DNA of 64,000 nt from Trypanosoma brucei (Eukaryota). Made by a program: the position numbers and the translations under genes. The notes under the pieces were generated by a model, which saw nothing but the letters and a program-made list of their open reading frames with translations, was not told the DNA's origin and searched no databases. Within the stretch, counting starts at the first letter, position 1. Each line of letters opens with the position of its first letter. Shown here piece by piece: positions 46,134-55,706 of this stretch. The stretch spans positions 128,001 to 192,000 of the forward strand of contig CP000069.1 in the NCBI GenBank assembly GCA_000002445.1. The letters are read 5' to 3'.

Positions 46134-46485
46134 GTGCCATGCGCACAAGCGCCCGTGAGAAAAGCGGGGTGCGGAACTCGGTGGACAAAGAAGTTAGCAA
46201 CGAAACAAAAGGGGGAAAATAGCGTGCAAAGGGAGAAAGTAAAAAAAAATTATGTGCAAACGAAGGGGGAGGAGAAACAGAAAACAATATCGTTGGTGTT
46301 ATGACTCACATCGCAATAAACGATGTCCGCACAACGTCACATCCTTTCCTTACAAATCCACTCAAGGAAAAGGAGTGGGGGGGGGGAAAGAAAGGAAAAC
46401 ATGGTTGCGCCAAGACAAAGCGTGGAAGGATGCATATATTTCCCACCTTCCCTGAGCAACTCATCCTTTCGTAGCCTTCATTCCA

Positions 46486-47343
46486 TTACATAATCGAGCA
46501 TCCCGCATTTTTTCCTCCAGCGCCTTCCCCATACTCAAGATCATCTCTATAACTTTTATCTGCGTTCCTTTCAACCGAACCCACGGCAGCAGTTGGCTTT
46601 ATTTTGTGCCGCTTGAGGAGATGCCCTTCAAATGCGTCAGTTGCGGGGAACTGCTCGCGGCACACCGGGCAACGGAATAGCACGGGGTTGGGGACACACA
46701 CAAAGAGAGAATCGGGATGCTCCGCGGCAAAGTGGTCGTAGAGCAACCCGCTGGCAGTGAAGCCCTTGCGGCACACCGGGCAGCAAAGAAGTCTTCCGGC
46801 CGCATCAGGCGCCTCAACTATTACCGGGGAGGTTTGCTTCAATTTCTTCTGCAACTCCTCCCGTAACTGCCGCGCCTCCTCGACCTCAGTGCGCAGAATC
46901 GACTGGTGCAACGTTTCGCGCGCGCGTTCCACTTCGGCCTTCAGTCGCCGCACCTCCGCTTCAAAATCAACAGGTTTATCCATTTTTGCTTCCTCCTTTC
47001 TTGCCGCCCCCTTTTTGGACTCATCTTTCTTTGGCGCGTTCGTTTTCCCCACACGTGTCTTCGATTCCGCTCCTTTCGACGCCTCGCCCCTCCGTGTTGC
47101 AACTCCTTTTCGTTCAGTTCGTGTTGGCGACGCATCCTTTGGATCATTTTTTCTCTGCCCATCGTTTCCCCCTAATTTGGGACTTCTTGCCTCTCCTTCC
47201 CCTGGTCCGTCTTGCCTTTGGTTCTCCGCTTCCACCCTTGGCGCTCTCCGCTCCCGTGCCGGCTTGATGCCTTCCCTCGTCTGAGAAGTGCCCTTTTCAG
47301 CATCTTGGAGGGAAATAATCGGCGATACGGCTTGAATCGTCAT
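46486..47343 (-). CDS. C2H2 zinc-finger protein (two C-x2-C-x12-H-x4-H fingers; Lys/Arg/Glu-rich N-terminal region with predicted coiled coil)
   Basis: 285-aa ORF with a genuine ATG (revcomp cat 47341-47343). Fingers CPVCRKGFTASGLLYDHFAAEH and CPVCREQFPATDAFEGHLLKRH. The heptad-like stretch EAEVRRLKAEVERARETLHQSILRTEVEEARQLREELQKKLKQ. Confidence 0.7.
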   Translation of the reverse strand: MTIQAVSPIISLQDAEKGTSQTREGIKPARERRAPRVEAENQRQDGPGEGEARSPKLGGNDGQRKNDPKDASPTRTERKGVATRRGEASKGAESKTRVGKTNAPKKDESKKGAARKEEAKMDKPVDFEAEVRRLKAEVERARETLHQSILRTEVEEARQLREELQKKLKQTSPVIVEAPDAAGRLLCCPVCRKGFTASGLLYDHFAAEHPDSLFVCVPNPVLFRCPVCREQFPATDAFEGHLLKRHKIKPTAAVGSVERNADKSYRDDLEYGEGAGGKNAGCSIM

Positions 47344-47684
47344 TTGTTTCGGGAAAGACGAGCAGCAAGAGTTAGACTAAGGAAACCTGATCAGGGGGGT
47401 TTCCTGACAGCGCACTTGTAAAGGAGAACAGTTAAGAATATGGATGTAAAAAGAGAGGGAAATGGGCACGAGAAGGTGGGAGCACATGGATGCAGCGGGG
47501 AAGCGAATTTAAAGATGTAAGAGAAACAATACTGTTCCTGGCGCACGCGAAATACGTATATACGCGTGCTTGTGCGTGTGTGTGTTGATGTGTATATTTC
47601 CGTGCTCAGTTCACGTCAGGCCTTTGGTATCGAAGAACACATTACGAAAGCAAGCCACTGGCGAAACCTGACGATACCATCAGT

Positions 47685-48896
47685 TCACGAAGCCACTACA
47701 TGCGTCACGAAGAAGTCTGACTTGTGCGAGGCATTGAAAAGGACGACGGCGTTCATTACAGGAAACGGAGAGGGTGGTTTCCGTGTGCCCTGAGGGTGCA
47801 GTGGAGGTTGACACTGCGCCAGCAATCTTTTCCCCTTTTGAACGAACTCCATTGGGACAAGTTGTTTATTGTTGCTGTACCTGTCCAGCATCCGCGCGTA
47901 ATCTTCCTCACTGACCCCATGAATAACAACGAAGTTGTTCCGTAGCGGTGTATCGCACTGCTTTCTGTCTATAGCATGGAAGCGACAACATGTCTCAACA
48001 ACGATTGTCACGCTGTCGTCGGTTGCGAGAGAGAGAACGCGTCCGACCATGATGTCTTCATTTTCCATTCGAAAAAGGGTAAGGTTCCTCCGCAGGCGCC
48101 AACTGTACGGTTTCCTAATGAGCGGCCATATCGGCTCGTACGCCACCAACATTTTGGCCATGTCCTTTGAAAGCGTGTATGGTAAGCCGGATGCAACGTA
48201 GTAAGGATCCCCGAGAAAGTTAAGTCAGATATTTCCCCAATAAACGTTCTGACACGGTAACTTGTGCAAGTCAACAAGGTATTGATGCGCATGAACAAAC
48301 GCGTCATCATCACCTTTTGCCACCTAGTTCACACGGGGTAGTAGTCGGACAGCGAGATCATACCACAGGAACACTTTGCGGCTCATAGTGACTTCCGCTT
48401 TTATACCCCGTGTACCGCCATCCCCAATTTTCTTGTTCCGTCCAGGAACACCCTCATTAATTGGAAGCGTAACCATATCCTGCCAACGCAACGCCTCCTC
48501 CTTTAGTTCCGCCGTGTACGTGTGACCGTTACGATGGGGTCGATCAGTGAGGTACAATACAAGCATCTCCCCCGTGAAGTTGTTGCTCTTCTTTGCTACA
48601 ACGTCATGGATCCAGCAAGACGTGTGAAGAATGCGCCGCCTCCGCCTCACACTCGTGTCAGGTGACAGAATACCAAGTGCAACAAGATAGTTCCGCTCCC
48701 TCCATGTTTCCACCACATCAGACGCCACGAACTGCAGGGTTTCCTCTTCGTCATCGGGGAGGACGGGGGAGGAGGGAAAACGTAATGTTTTCCTATGACA
48801 AAACTGTTTTCCCGATGTCCACGGCACACTAACAACATCGCGGTGTAAGGAAACACACGCAGCGATAAGCATCACTAGGTAGAGGGGAAGTAGCAT
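47685..48896 (-). pseudogene. UDP-Gal/UDP-GlcNAc-dependent glycosyltransferase (trypanosome GT67 / beta-1,3-GT-like) with a single continuous reading frame interrupted only by two in-frame stops (TAG 48324-48326, TGA 48225-48227)
   Basis: The ORF-track pieces 48324-48914 and 47685-48161 are in the same frame (both codon sets start at positions divisible by 3). Hand translation across the gap gives ...GIKAEVTMSRKVFLWYDLAVRLLPRVN*VAKGDDDAFVHAHQYLVDLHKLPCQVYWGNI*LNFLGDPYYVASGLPYTLSKDMAKMLVAYEP...ENEDIMVGRVL. From N to C the frame has a signal-anchor (MLLPLYLVMLIAAC), an RRRRILHTSCW (RxxxW) motif, KGDDD, Y-x-x-SG-x-x-Y-x-LS-x-D and ED-x-x-VG motifs in canonical beta3-GT order. The N-terminal piece begins at a GTG in the track; the first in-frame ATG is at 48894-48896. 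Confidence 0.7.
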
Positions 48897-51706
48897 CGTT
48901 ACCACACGACGCACATTAGTTCATTTTATTCCTCTCATTTCTTCGTGGCCAGCGAAGGAAAAAAAAAAAACGACAACGCCATGGAAAAACAGTAATGAGT
49001 CCATGCCAAAAACGTCGCGCCTCCCCAGGAGAACACGAGAGGACGTCCCGTGCCACGCACGCGCACGAAAAAACAAACAAACAAACGGTAATATGCACTC
49101 TTGTAGGGAAGTGAAATGAATATGCTCCCACACTTCTGCTAGAATCAGAATGACTATACCTACCGCTCCAACTCCGGCCGTATGGGTGAAGATGGCTCGG
49201 TTAACATACTCACGTGGATGGTTCACCAAACTTTCAGTCCCCCCCCCCCAGCAGCACAATTCGAAGTGTGTAGCAACCATTGCTATTGTAAGCGCGAATG
49301 TCTTTCATGCTGAACTGTTGACAGGCGGCATTCCATCCAGTTGTCAATATTCCCCCGTTAAATGGCCATAAAAAGGCATAATGCGCGACCCCTCCCAGTA
49401 ACTATCATGTGATCCCACCCGCCAGCGGGGCCCGCGAGCACATAGGGACCACCACTGGATTATTACATGTATCATTTCCCCACTGGACGCAGTGGAATCG
49501 GCGCCGGATGCCATGTCCATGCCCTAAAGGGAGTTTCCTCCTGAACATGAATTGTTCGACGGATGGAATGCTGAAAGAGTTTGGGGGGAATACCTTGTTT
49601 GAGAGTCTGTAGTACATGAGGGTGTGGCAGATGGTTTCGTCCCATTTTTCACTGTTTTTGGAGAAGGTGGATGTTCGATGCGCATATCGCCGGTGGATAG
49701 CACTCCGCTGTGTGGCATTGAACTGCACCACTTTAAAATGCGGTACGTGATGCGATCCGCCTGCTGTGTTGATAAATGCAGTCGCAAAGTCAAGGGTATG
49801 CTCAGTGGTTGTTCAATACGGCCGGATCTTGGAAAAGGAACTCAGAGCAACCACACACCATATAAGGACCCCTTTTTGCACCTACGCCGCTGCCATCTCA
49901 TCGCTGAGACGCTGGAGGTGGAGAATTAGCGGGCCGCAGCGCTGGAGTGCCCGCTCTCGAGCGGCATCGTGGCAGCGGACCACAAAATTACTACGATGTT
50001 ACTCTCATTTCTGTGAGAACACAATGTAGACGTAACACGCTCCCCCAGCCCACCAACTACGACACTCTCAAGTCTTGGGGCAATCTCCACAAAATGCGTA
50101 GCGAAAGCAGCGGAGAGCAGTCACCGCTTTTTGATTCTTCAAAACAGATGCATGGACTGAAGAAAAGCTGCACCAAAGTCCTGTTCTGCGCGCAACTTAC
50201 GTGGTGGAAGGCATAAATTGGCACAACAAACGCACGGAAAGTAGTATGAGCACTTCGTTTTTTCTGACTGTGCCGAATGAGGAGACATCGCATGGTGCAA
50301 ACACCGGAGAGAATAAACGGGGAAAATGTTAAGACAGCACAACAGTGACCGAGCACAGTGTTCAGAGTAAACCGTCCCGTTCGTACGTTCTGAAATTCCC
50401 GCACAAAGCGCCGTCACTGTTGCTGCTGCATATCGTAGTTGTAGTTATAAAAAATACCAAACCTGACATGCGGCGAAGTGCTCCCACATAGCCCACCAAA
50501 GCTCCTGTTTCTTCTGGCACTTCGTTCCGAAGTTGCCCTATCAGCGTACTCCGCTGAAAAATATTGTCCGTAACACAATTTTCCGAAAGGAACTGCGACA
50601 GCATATGCCGCCGAGAACACCGACAACCAGGACTACGAATGGCATTTTGCTGCGCCTGGGAAACGCGTTCTACAGCGGGAACAGCAACGTGCCGCGACGC
50701 TGCTGACTTCAAACCGTCTGGTGAACGTAACCCCTTTGAACTAACAGGCACATATCGACGCAGGTAAAGCGCTGACAACATCCGAGCATCCGATCTATTG
50801 ACATTCTATCTCTTTGCTTAAGTTACAATCAACGAGGTGGACAGTTTACAACAATAACAATGAACTATCCTTTCAACTCATGTATAGTGCTTGGTCAATT
50901 GCCTTCACTTGGTCCTTTCCACGATCTGTACCGGACCCAGCAACACACAACGGTACAAGCGGATATTTTCAATCCGTAAAGACAGTGACACTACCAGTAA
51001 TACGTGTCAGCAATATACCTGTCTTTGCACCCGCGTTACATTCCACAGTTCAAACCGTCCCAGTTTGCTGTTGTTTTCCATATATCACAGCGCCCTGCAG
51101 CAGGGCAGTGAAGAGAACGACCATCCGTGCGAAGCCGCATGCCGTCATGCTTATCTCAGTGCCCATTGTTAGTATTACTTGCTTGTCAGTCTATGGGTCG
51201 CGCGTGAAAGAAAACAGGTTAGGAAGAGTAAGCACAAAACAAGGTGAACAAGGAAGATGATCACATCGCAATTGACCTGCATTGTAGAAACACCGCCCCG
51301 TTAAAATACGCGGAGAGTGATGAAGATATTGATCTGCTACACGAAATAGAACGCTACAAGGGAAAAGCAAAAACAGAGGAAAACACGATGCGCGGAAGCG
51401 GCCTCATTCACACGTCCAATGGAGCTCTGAACAGGGTGCGCAATTCCGCAATACCCCTGAGGGAGGGGAAATAAATAGGAATAGAGGAACAAATGGTTTT
51501 ATAACTGACACTTAATAGGCTCTCACTTAGCATCTTAGAGGAAATGGATGTTCATAAAATCGCTCACATAAAAAAAAGATAAAACGAAAATAAAACGATT
51601 AGTGGAAGTTGTTCTACTAGTTGCGTGTTATGGGCCAAACGAGTATCTACCCGTATCTTGTTATGGCTTATATGAGTAACACTGCACAGCCGGTAGGCCG
51701 CACAAG

Positions 51707-52657
51707 TCAGCACACAATTGCGAGGGAAAAAAAGACGATGAGTAGACACAATTCACCACCTACACAGATCGTAATGTGCGACAAGGAAGTCAATGTCGTC
51801 TCCGCCTCTCCTTTTGGTTTGGGAGTTGCCGAAGGTTGATCTTGAGAATTTGTAGACTCCTCATCTGAATGCAAACTTTCGTTGATTACTGCTAGCTCCT
51901 CATTGGCAGTGGAGTTTCCATTACCTGGAACGGGATGCGATGGCTGTGGAACTGTAACTTCGCAGAGGGCAGCGAAATAAGTTAGTGACTTGTATCCAGG
52001 TGCCTTACCCCCGGGCTTGTTGCCAGAAACTTCGCCGCCATCAAACCAACCGAACCACTTCGTCACGTTAGTGTACCAACCCATCACGTGCAATTGGCCA
52101 TCCTGAGGATAACTTTGCGCAAAAAACGACGGATAACCACCCAATGCGCCTGAACCACTTTTATAAGTGTACGATCCCCGCCAGAATGCAACGCCGTTGC
52201 CCTCTATTCCCGATGCTTCAAACAGACCACTGTTCCATCGGTAGACGCAATTAAGGGAAGTATCGTAGTCTCCTGCTGTGCAACGAATTCCCGCGTCCTG
52301 TGCCGCACTTGCACTGTAAGTGGCATCCCCTCCAAGGTAACTGTAGATAAATGGGCCATCAGCTACACCCAAGTGGTAGGCAGTGAGGCGTTCGTTAGTT
52401 GCCTGCGAGTGGTCAGTGGCCAGCGTCCCGCCGGCTTCACGGCAGATATGCACTGAGTTACTGTAGTCTACAAGGTAATCACCTCCATGCCAAAACTTTC
52501 GGTTGGGGAAAAGAATATACTCCTTGACATAGGCAGTTGGGTACACCTTACCAAATGCGAAGAGATGTGATGAACCTGAAAGACATTGCAGCAGGGCAGT
52601 GAAGAGAACGACCATCCGTGCGAAGCCGCATGCCGTCATGCTTATCTCAGTGCCCAT
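51707..52657 (-). CDS. secreted/surface glycoprotein, 316 aa: N-terminal signal peptide, ~230-aa Trp/Tyr/Gly-rich globular region with 4 Cys (weak C-type-lectin-like spacing), acidic Ser/Thr-rich stalk, C-terminal hydrophobic segment with no cytoplasmic tail (GPI-signal-like); tandem copy 1
   Basis: True ATG (revcomp cat 52655-52657). Signal peptide MGTEISMTACGFARMVVLFTALLQCLSG. N-glycosylation sequons NVTK, NGNST, NEST. C-terminus ...TSLSHITICVGGELCLLIVFFSLAIVC. Confidence 0.7.
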   Translation of the reverse strand: MGTEISMTACGFARMVVLFTALLQCLSGSSHLFAFGKVYPTAYVKEYILFPNRKFWHGGDYLVDYSNSVHICREAGGTLATDHSQATNERLTAYHLGVADGPFIYSYLGGDATYSASAAQDAGIRCTAGDYDTSLNCVYRWNSGLFEASGIEGNGVAFWRGSYTYKSGSGALGGYPSFFAQSYPQDGQLHVMGWYTNVTKWFGWFDGGEVSGNKPGGKAPGYKSLTYFAALCEVTVPQPSHPVPGNGNSTANEELAVINESLHSDEESTNSQDQPSATPKPKGEAETTLTSLSHITICVGGELCLLIVFFSLAIVC

Positions 52658-53197
52658 TGTTAGTATTACTTGCTTGTCAGTCTATGGGCCGCGCGTGAAA
52701 GAAAACAGGTTAGGAAGAGTAAGCACAAAACAAGGTGAACAAGGAAGATGATCACATCGCAATTGACCTGCATTGTAGAAACACCGCCCCGTTAAAATAC
52801 GCGGAGAGTGATGAAGATATTGATCTGCTACACGAAATAGAACGCTACAAGGGAAAAGCAAAAACAGAGGAAAACACGATGCGCGGAAGCGGCCTCATTC
52901 ACACGTCCAATGGAGCTCTGAACAGGGTGCGCAATTCCGCAATACCCCTGAGGGAGGGGAAATAAATAGGAATAGAGGAACAAATGGTTTTATAACTGAC
53001 ACTTAATAGGCTCTCACTTAGCATCTTAGAGGAAATGGATGTTCATAAAATCGCTCACATAAAAAAAAGATAAAACGAAAATAAAACGATTAGTGGAAGT
53101 TGTTCTACTAGTTGCGTGTTATGGGCCAAACGAGTATCTACCCGTATCTTGTTATGGCTTATATGAGTAACACTGCACAGCCGGTAGGCCGCACAAG

Positions 53198-54148
53198 TCA
53201 GCACACAATTGCGAGGGAAAAAAAGACGATGAGTAGACACAATTCACCACCTACACAGATCGTAATGTGCGACAAGGAAGTCAATGTCGTCTCCGCCTCT
53301 CCTTTTGGTTTGGGAGTTGCCGAAGGTTGATCTTGAGAATTTGTAGACTCCTCATCTGAATGCAAACTTTCGTTGATTACTGCTAGCTCCTCATTGGCAG
53401 TGGAGTTTCCATTACCTGGAACGGGATGCGATGGCTGTGGAACTGTAACTTCGCAGAGGGCAGCGAAATAAGTTAGTGACTTGTATCCAGGTGCCTTACC
53501 CCCGGGCTTGTTGCCAGAAACTTCGCCGCCATCAAACCAACCGAACCACTTCGTCACGTTAGTGTACCAACCCATCACGTGCAATTGGCCATCCTGAGGA
53601 TAACTTTGCGCAAAAAACGACGGATAACCACCCAATGCGCCTGAACCACTTTTATAAGTGTACGATCCCCGCCAGAATGCAACGCCGTTGCCCTCTATTC
53701 CCGATGCTTCAAACAGACCACTGTTCCATCGGTAGACGCAATTAAGGGAAGTATCGTAGTCTCCTGCTGTGCAACGAATTCCCGCGTCCTGTGCCGCACT
53801 TGCACTGTAAGTGGCATCCCCTCCAAGGTAACTGTAGATAAATGGGCCATCAGCTACACCCAAGTGGTAGGCAGTGAGGCGTTCGTTAGTTGCCTGCGAG
53901 TGGTCAGTGGCCAGCGTCCCGCCGGCTTCACGGCAGATATGCACTGAGTTACTGTAGTCTACAAGGTAATCACCTCCATGCCAAAACTTTCGGTTGGGGA
54001 AGAGAATATACTCCTTGACATAGGCAGTTGGGTACACCTTACCAAATGCGAAGAGATGTGATGAACCTGAAAGACATTGCAGCAGGGCAGTGAAGAGAAC
54101 GACCATCCGTGCGAAGCCGCATGCCGTCATGCTTATCTCAGTGCCCAT
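53198..54148 (-). CDS. secreted/surface glycoprotein, tandem copy 2 (identical to copy 1)
   Basis: Identical 316-aa translation; same repeat unit. Confidence 0.7.
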   Translation of the reverse strand: MGTEISMTACGFARMVVLFTALLQCLSGSSHLFAFGKVYPTAYVKEYILFPNRKFWHGGDYLVDYSNSVHICREAGGTLATDHSQATNERLTAYHLGVADGPFIYSYLGGDATYSASAAQDAGIRCTAGDYDTSLNCVYRWNSGLFEASGIEGNGVAFWRGSYTYKSGSGALGGYPSFFAQSYPQDGQLHVMGWYTNVTKWFGWFDGGEVSGNKPGGKAPGYKSLTYFAALCEVTVPQPSHPVPGNGNSTANEELAVINESLHSDEESTNSQDQPSATPKPKGEAETTLTSLSHITICVGGELCLLIVFFSLAIVC

Positions 54149-54420
54149 TGTTAGTATTACTTGCTTGTCAGTCTATGGGCCGCGCGTGAAAGAAAACAGG
54201 TTAGGAAGAGTAAGCACAAAACAAGGTGAACAAGGAAGATGATCACATCGCAATTGACCTGCATTGTAGAAACACCGCCCCGTTAAAATACGCGGAGAGT
54301 GATGAAGATATTGATCTGCTACACGAAATAGAACGCTACAAGGGAAAACATAGTTGGAAGGTGAGAGTGGCAGTAAATACTAAGAGCATGGAGAAAAAAC
54401 ACATAAAAAAATATAATGTA

Positions 54421-55706
54421 AAGGGAAGCATGTAGAGGTTATGCCAAATGTTCAGTTGAGGTTACACACTGCAGCGACGTAGACGCTCCCTCCCGCCACA
54501 ACTCGTCGTAGCTCCTCATCGCACAGTTAAAACGTCAAGGGTTCAGTCTTGAATTACCACAAAATACGGATAAATGAGGTTTGTCCCTATAAAGGAGCGG
54601 CATTTCTGCACTCCCCTCGAGTGTCCAAACAGTGTTGTAAATAACAGAAGGATATTATAGGCTCAGCAATATTAACAGAGTGAACGTGTTACAAAACTCC
54701 CTCACAATACTATAATTAGTATAAGCTGCAATAACTGTGACTGTGAAGGAACTTTGTTATACTGCGAGGCAACGCGGGTTTCAGCACATAACTAAGCTCA
54801 TGCATCGACATCACACTCTGGAGGGAATGGAGGCAATCACATACCTTAAATCCTTACGGCAACACAAATGAGTGAAGGGAAAGAAAGCATGCAACTGGTG
54901 AAACAACATGTAACATCAGCAATGCAGAGGGTGATAAGGGTTGTATATCCGAAGAGAGAGATACAACAGCCCACATAACACCCAACACATACAAACACAC
55001 ATGCAACATAACACTCATTATGAAAAAATATTTAAAGACATCGCTAGCATTAAGTGGATTCAAAAAGAAAAACGTGACGCAGACACACACGGAAACACAG
55101 TTTTGTACCCGAAAGGCTGCGGGATTGGGCGTGAGAGGTGGAATGTTTAAAAAAAATAGTCATGCACTCGCACGCTTAAGGACAGACGTGTTGAAAAAGA
55201 AATGTTTCACCTTATTTTTCTTAAAGCCTCAAATGGCAAGGACAAAAATAAAAAAGAGAGCCCTTAGGGAAAGTACATAGCTAATCCCATTTTGTGATTA
55301 CTCACAGAACAAAAACGTTTTGGTTAAATTAGAAGAAATGTTGAGCCGTCCTGTCTTCCATAAGGGTCGGATTTGGAACAGTAAGAAACCAACCGGCGCT
55401 GACACGGCAAAACACATGCATGTGTTAATTCAGTGTCTTGAAAGACAACGCATGTGTAATCTAACAGAGGGCATGTTCCCTCTTAAGATTAGTATGTGCT
55501 TTAATGCAGAGGCAGCAGCCACCAAAAATAGAATGTAAAAAATGTAATAATAAATAGATGGCAAAAGATAAAAATAGATACAAAAGACAAACCCTACCGA
55601 GACTACGTTAAAATTCACTAACAACTACTACAATCGGTATGCTAATTAACTTTTCCGCCGAGTAAAACTAAGAGATTTGTACGCTTTATGACGTGCAACA
55701 GTACCA
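54421..55706 (-). repeat. S spacer, truncated fourth copy (distal ~1.3 kb only), fused at 54421 to the surface-protein tandem repeat
   Basis: Matches 3440-4735 (aagggaagcatgta... onward). The sequence below 54421 belongs to the 1491-bp repeat flank instead of the rest of S. Confidence 0.75.

Larger units (their letters stand above)
51096..54348 (-). repeat. 1491-bp direct tandem repeat, 2.18 units (51096-52586, 52587-54077, partial 54078-54348), each unit carrying one complete surface-protein gene
   Basis: Units 1 and 2 look identical over all 1491 bp by eye. The ORFs 51707-52657 and 53198-54148 translate to identical 316-aa proteins. Confidence 0.9.

Noticed and set aside
45700-46480. Possible tRNA or ncRNA in the convergent intergenic region (e.g. 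gcgggtggaagcgtagtgtaggggc... at 45756)
   Set aside because: No T-loop consensus and no cloverleaf pairing. Judged purine-rich intergenic sequence with a (CCATT)4 microsatellite only.
47685-48161. 158-aa ORF with a genuine ATG that could be called as an independent small gene
   Set aside because: It is in the same frame as the 196-aa ORF upstream, and its frame stays open 21 codons further upstream of that ATG (to the TGA at 48225-48227) and reads YYVASGLPYTLSKD...ENEDIMVG, the C-terminal motifs of a beta3-glycosyltransferase. It is the 3' part of the interrupted glycosyltransferase frame, not a separate gene.
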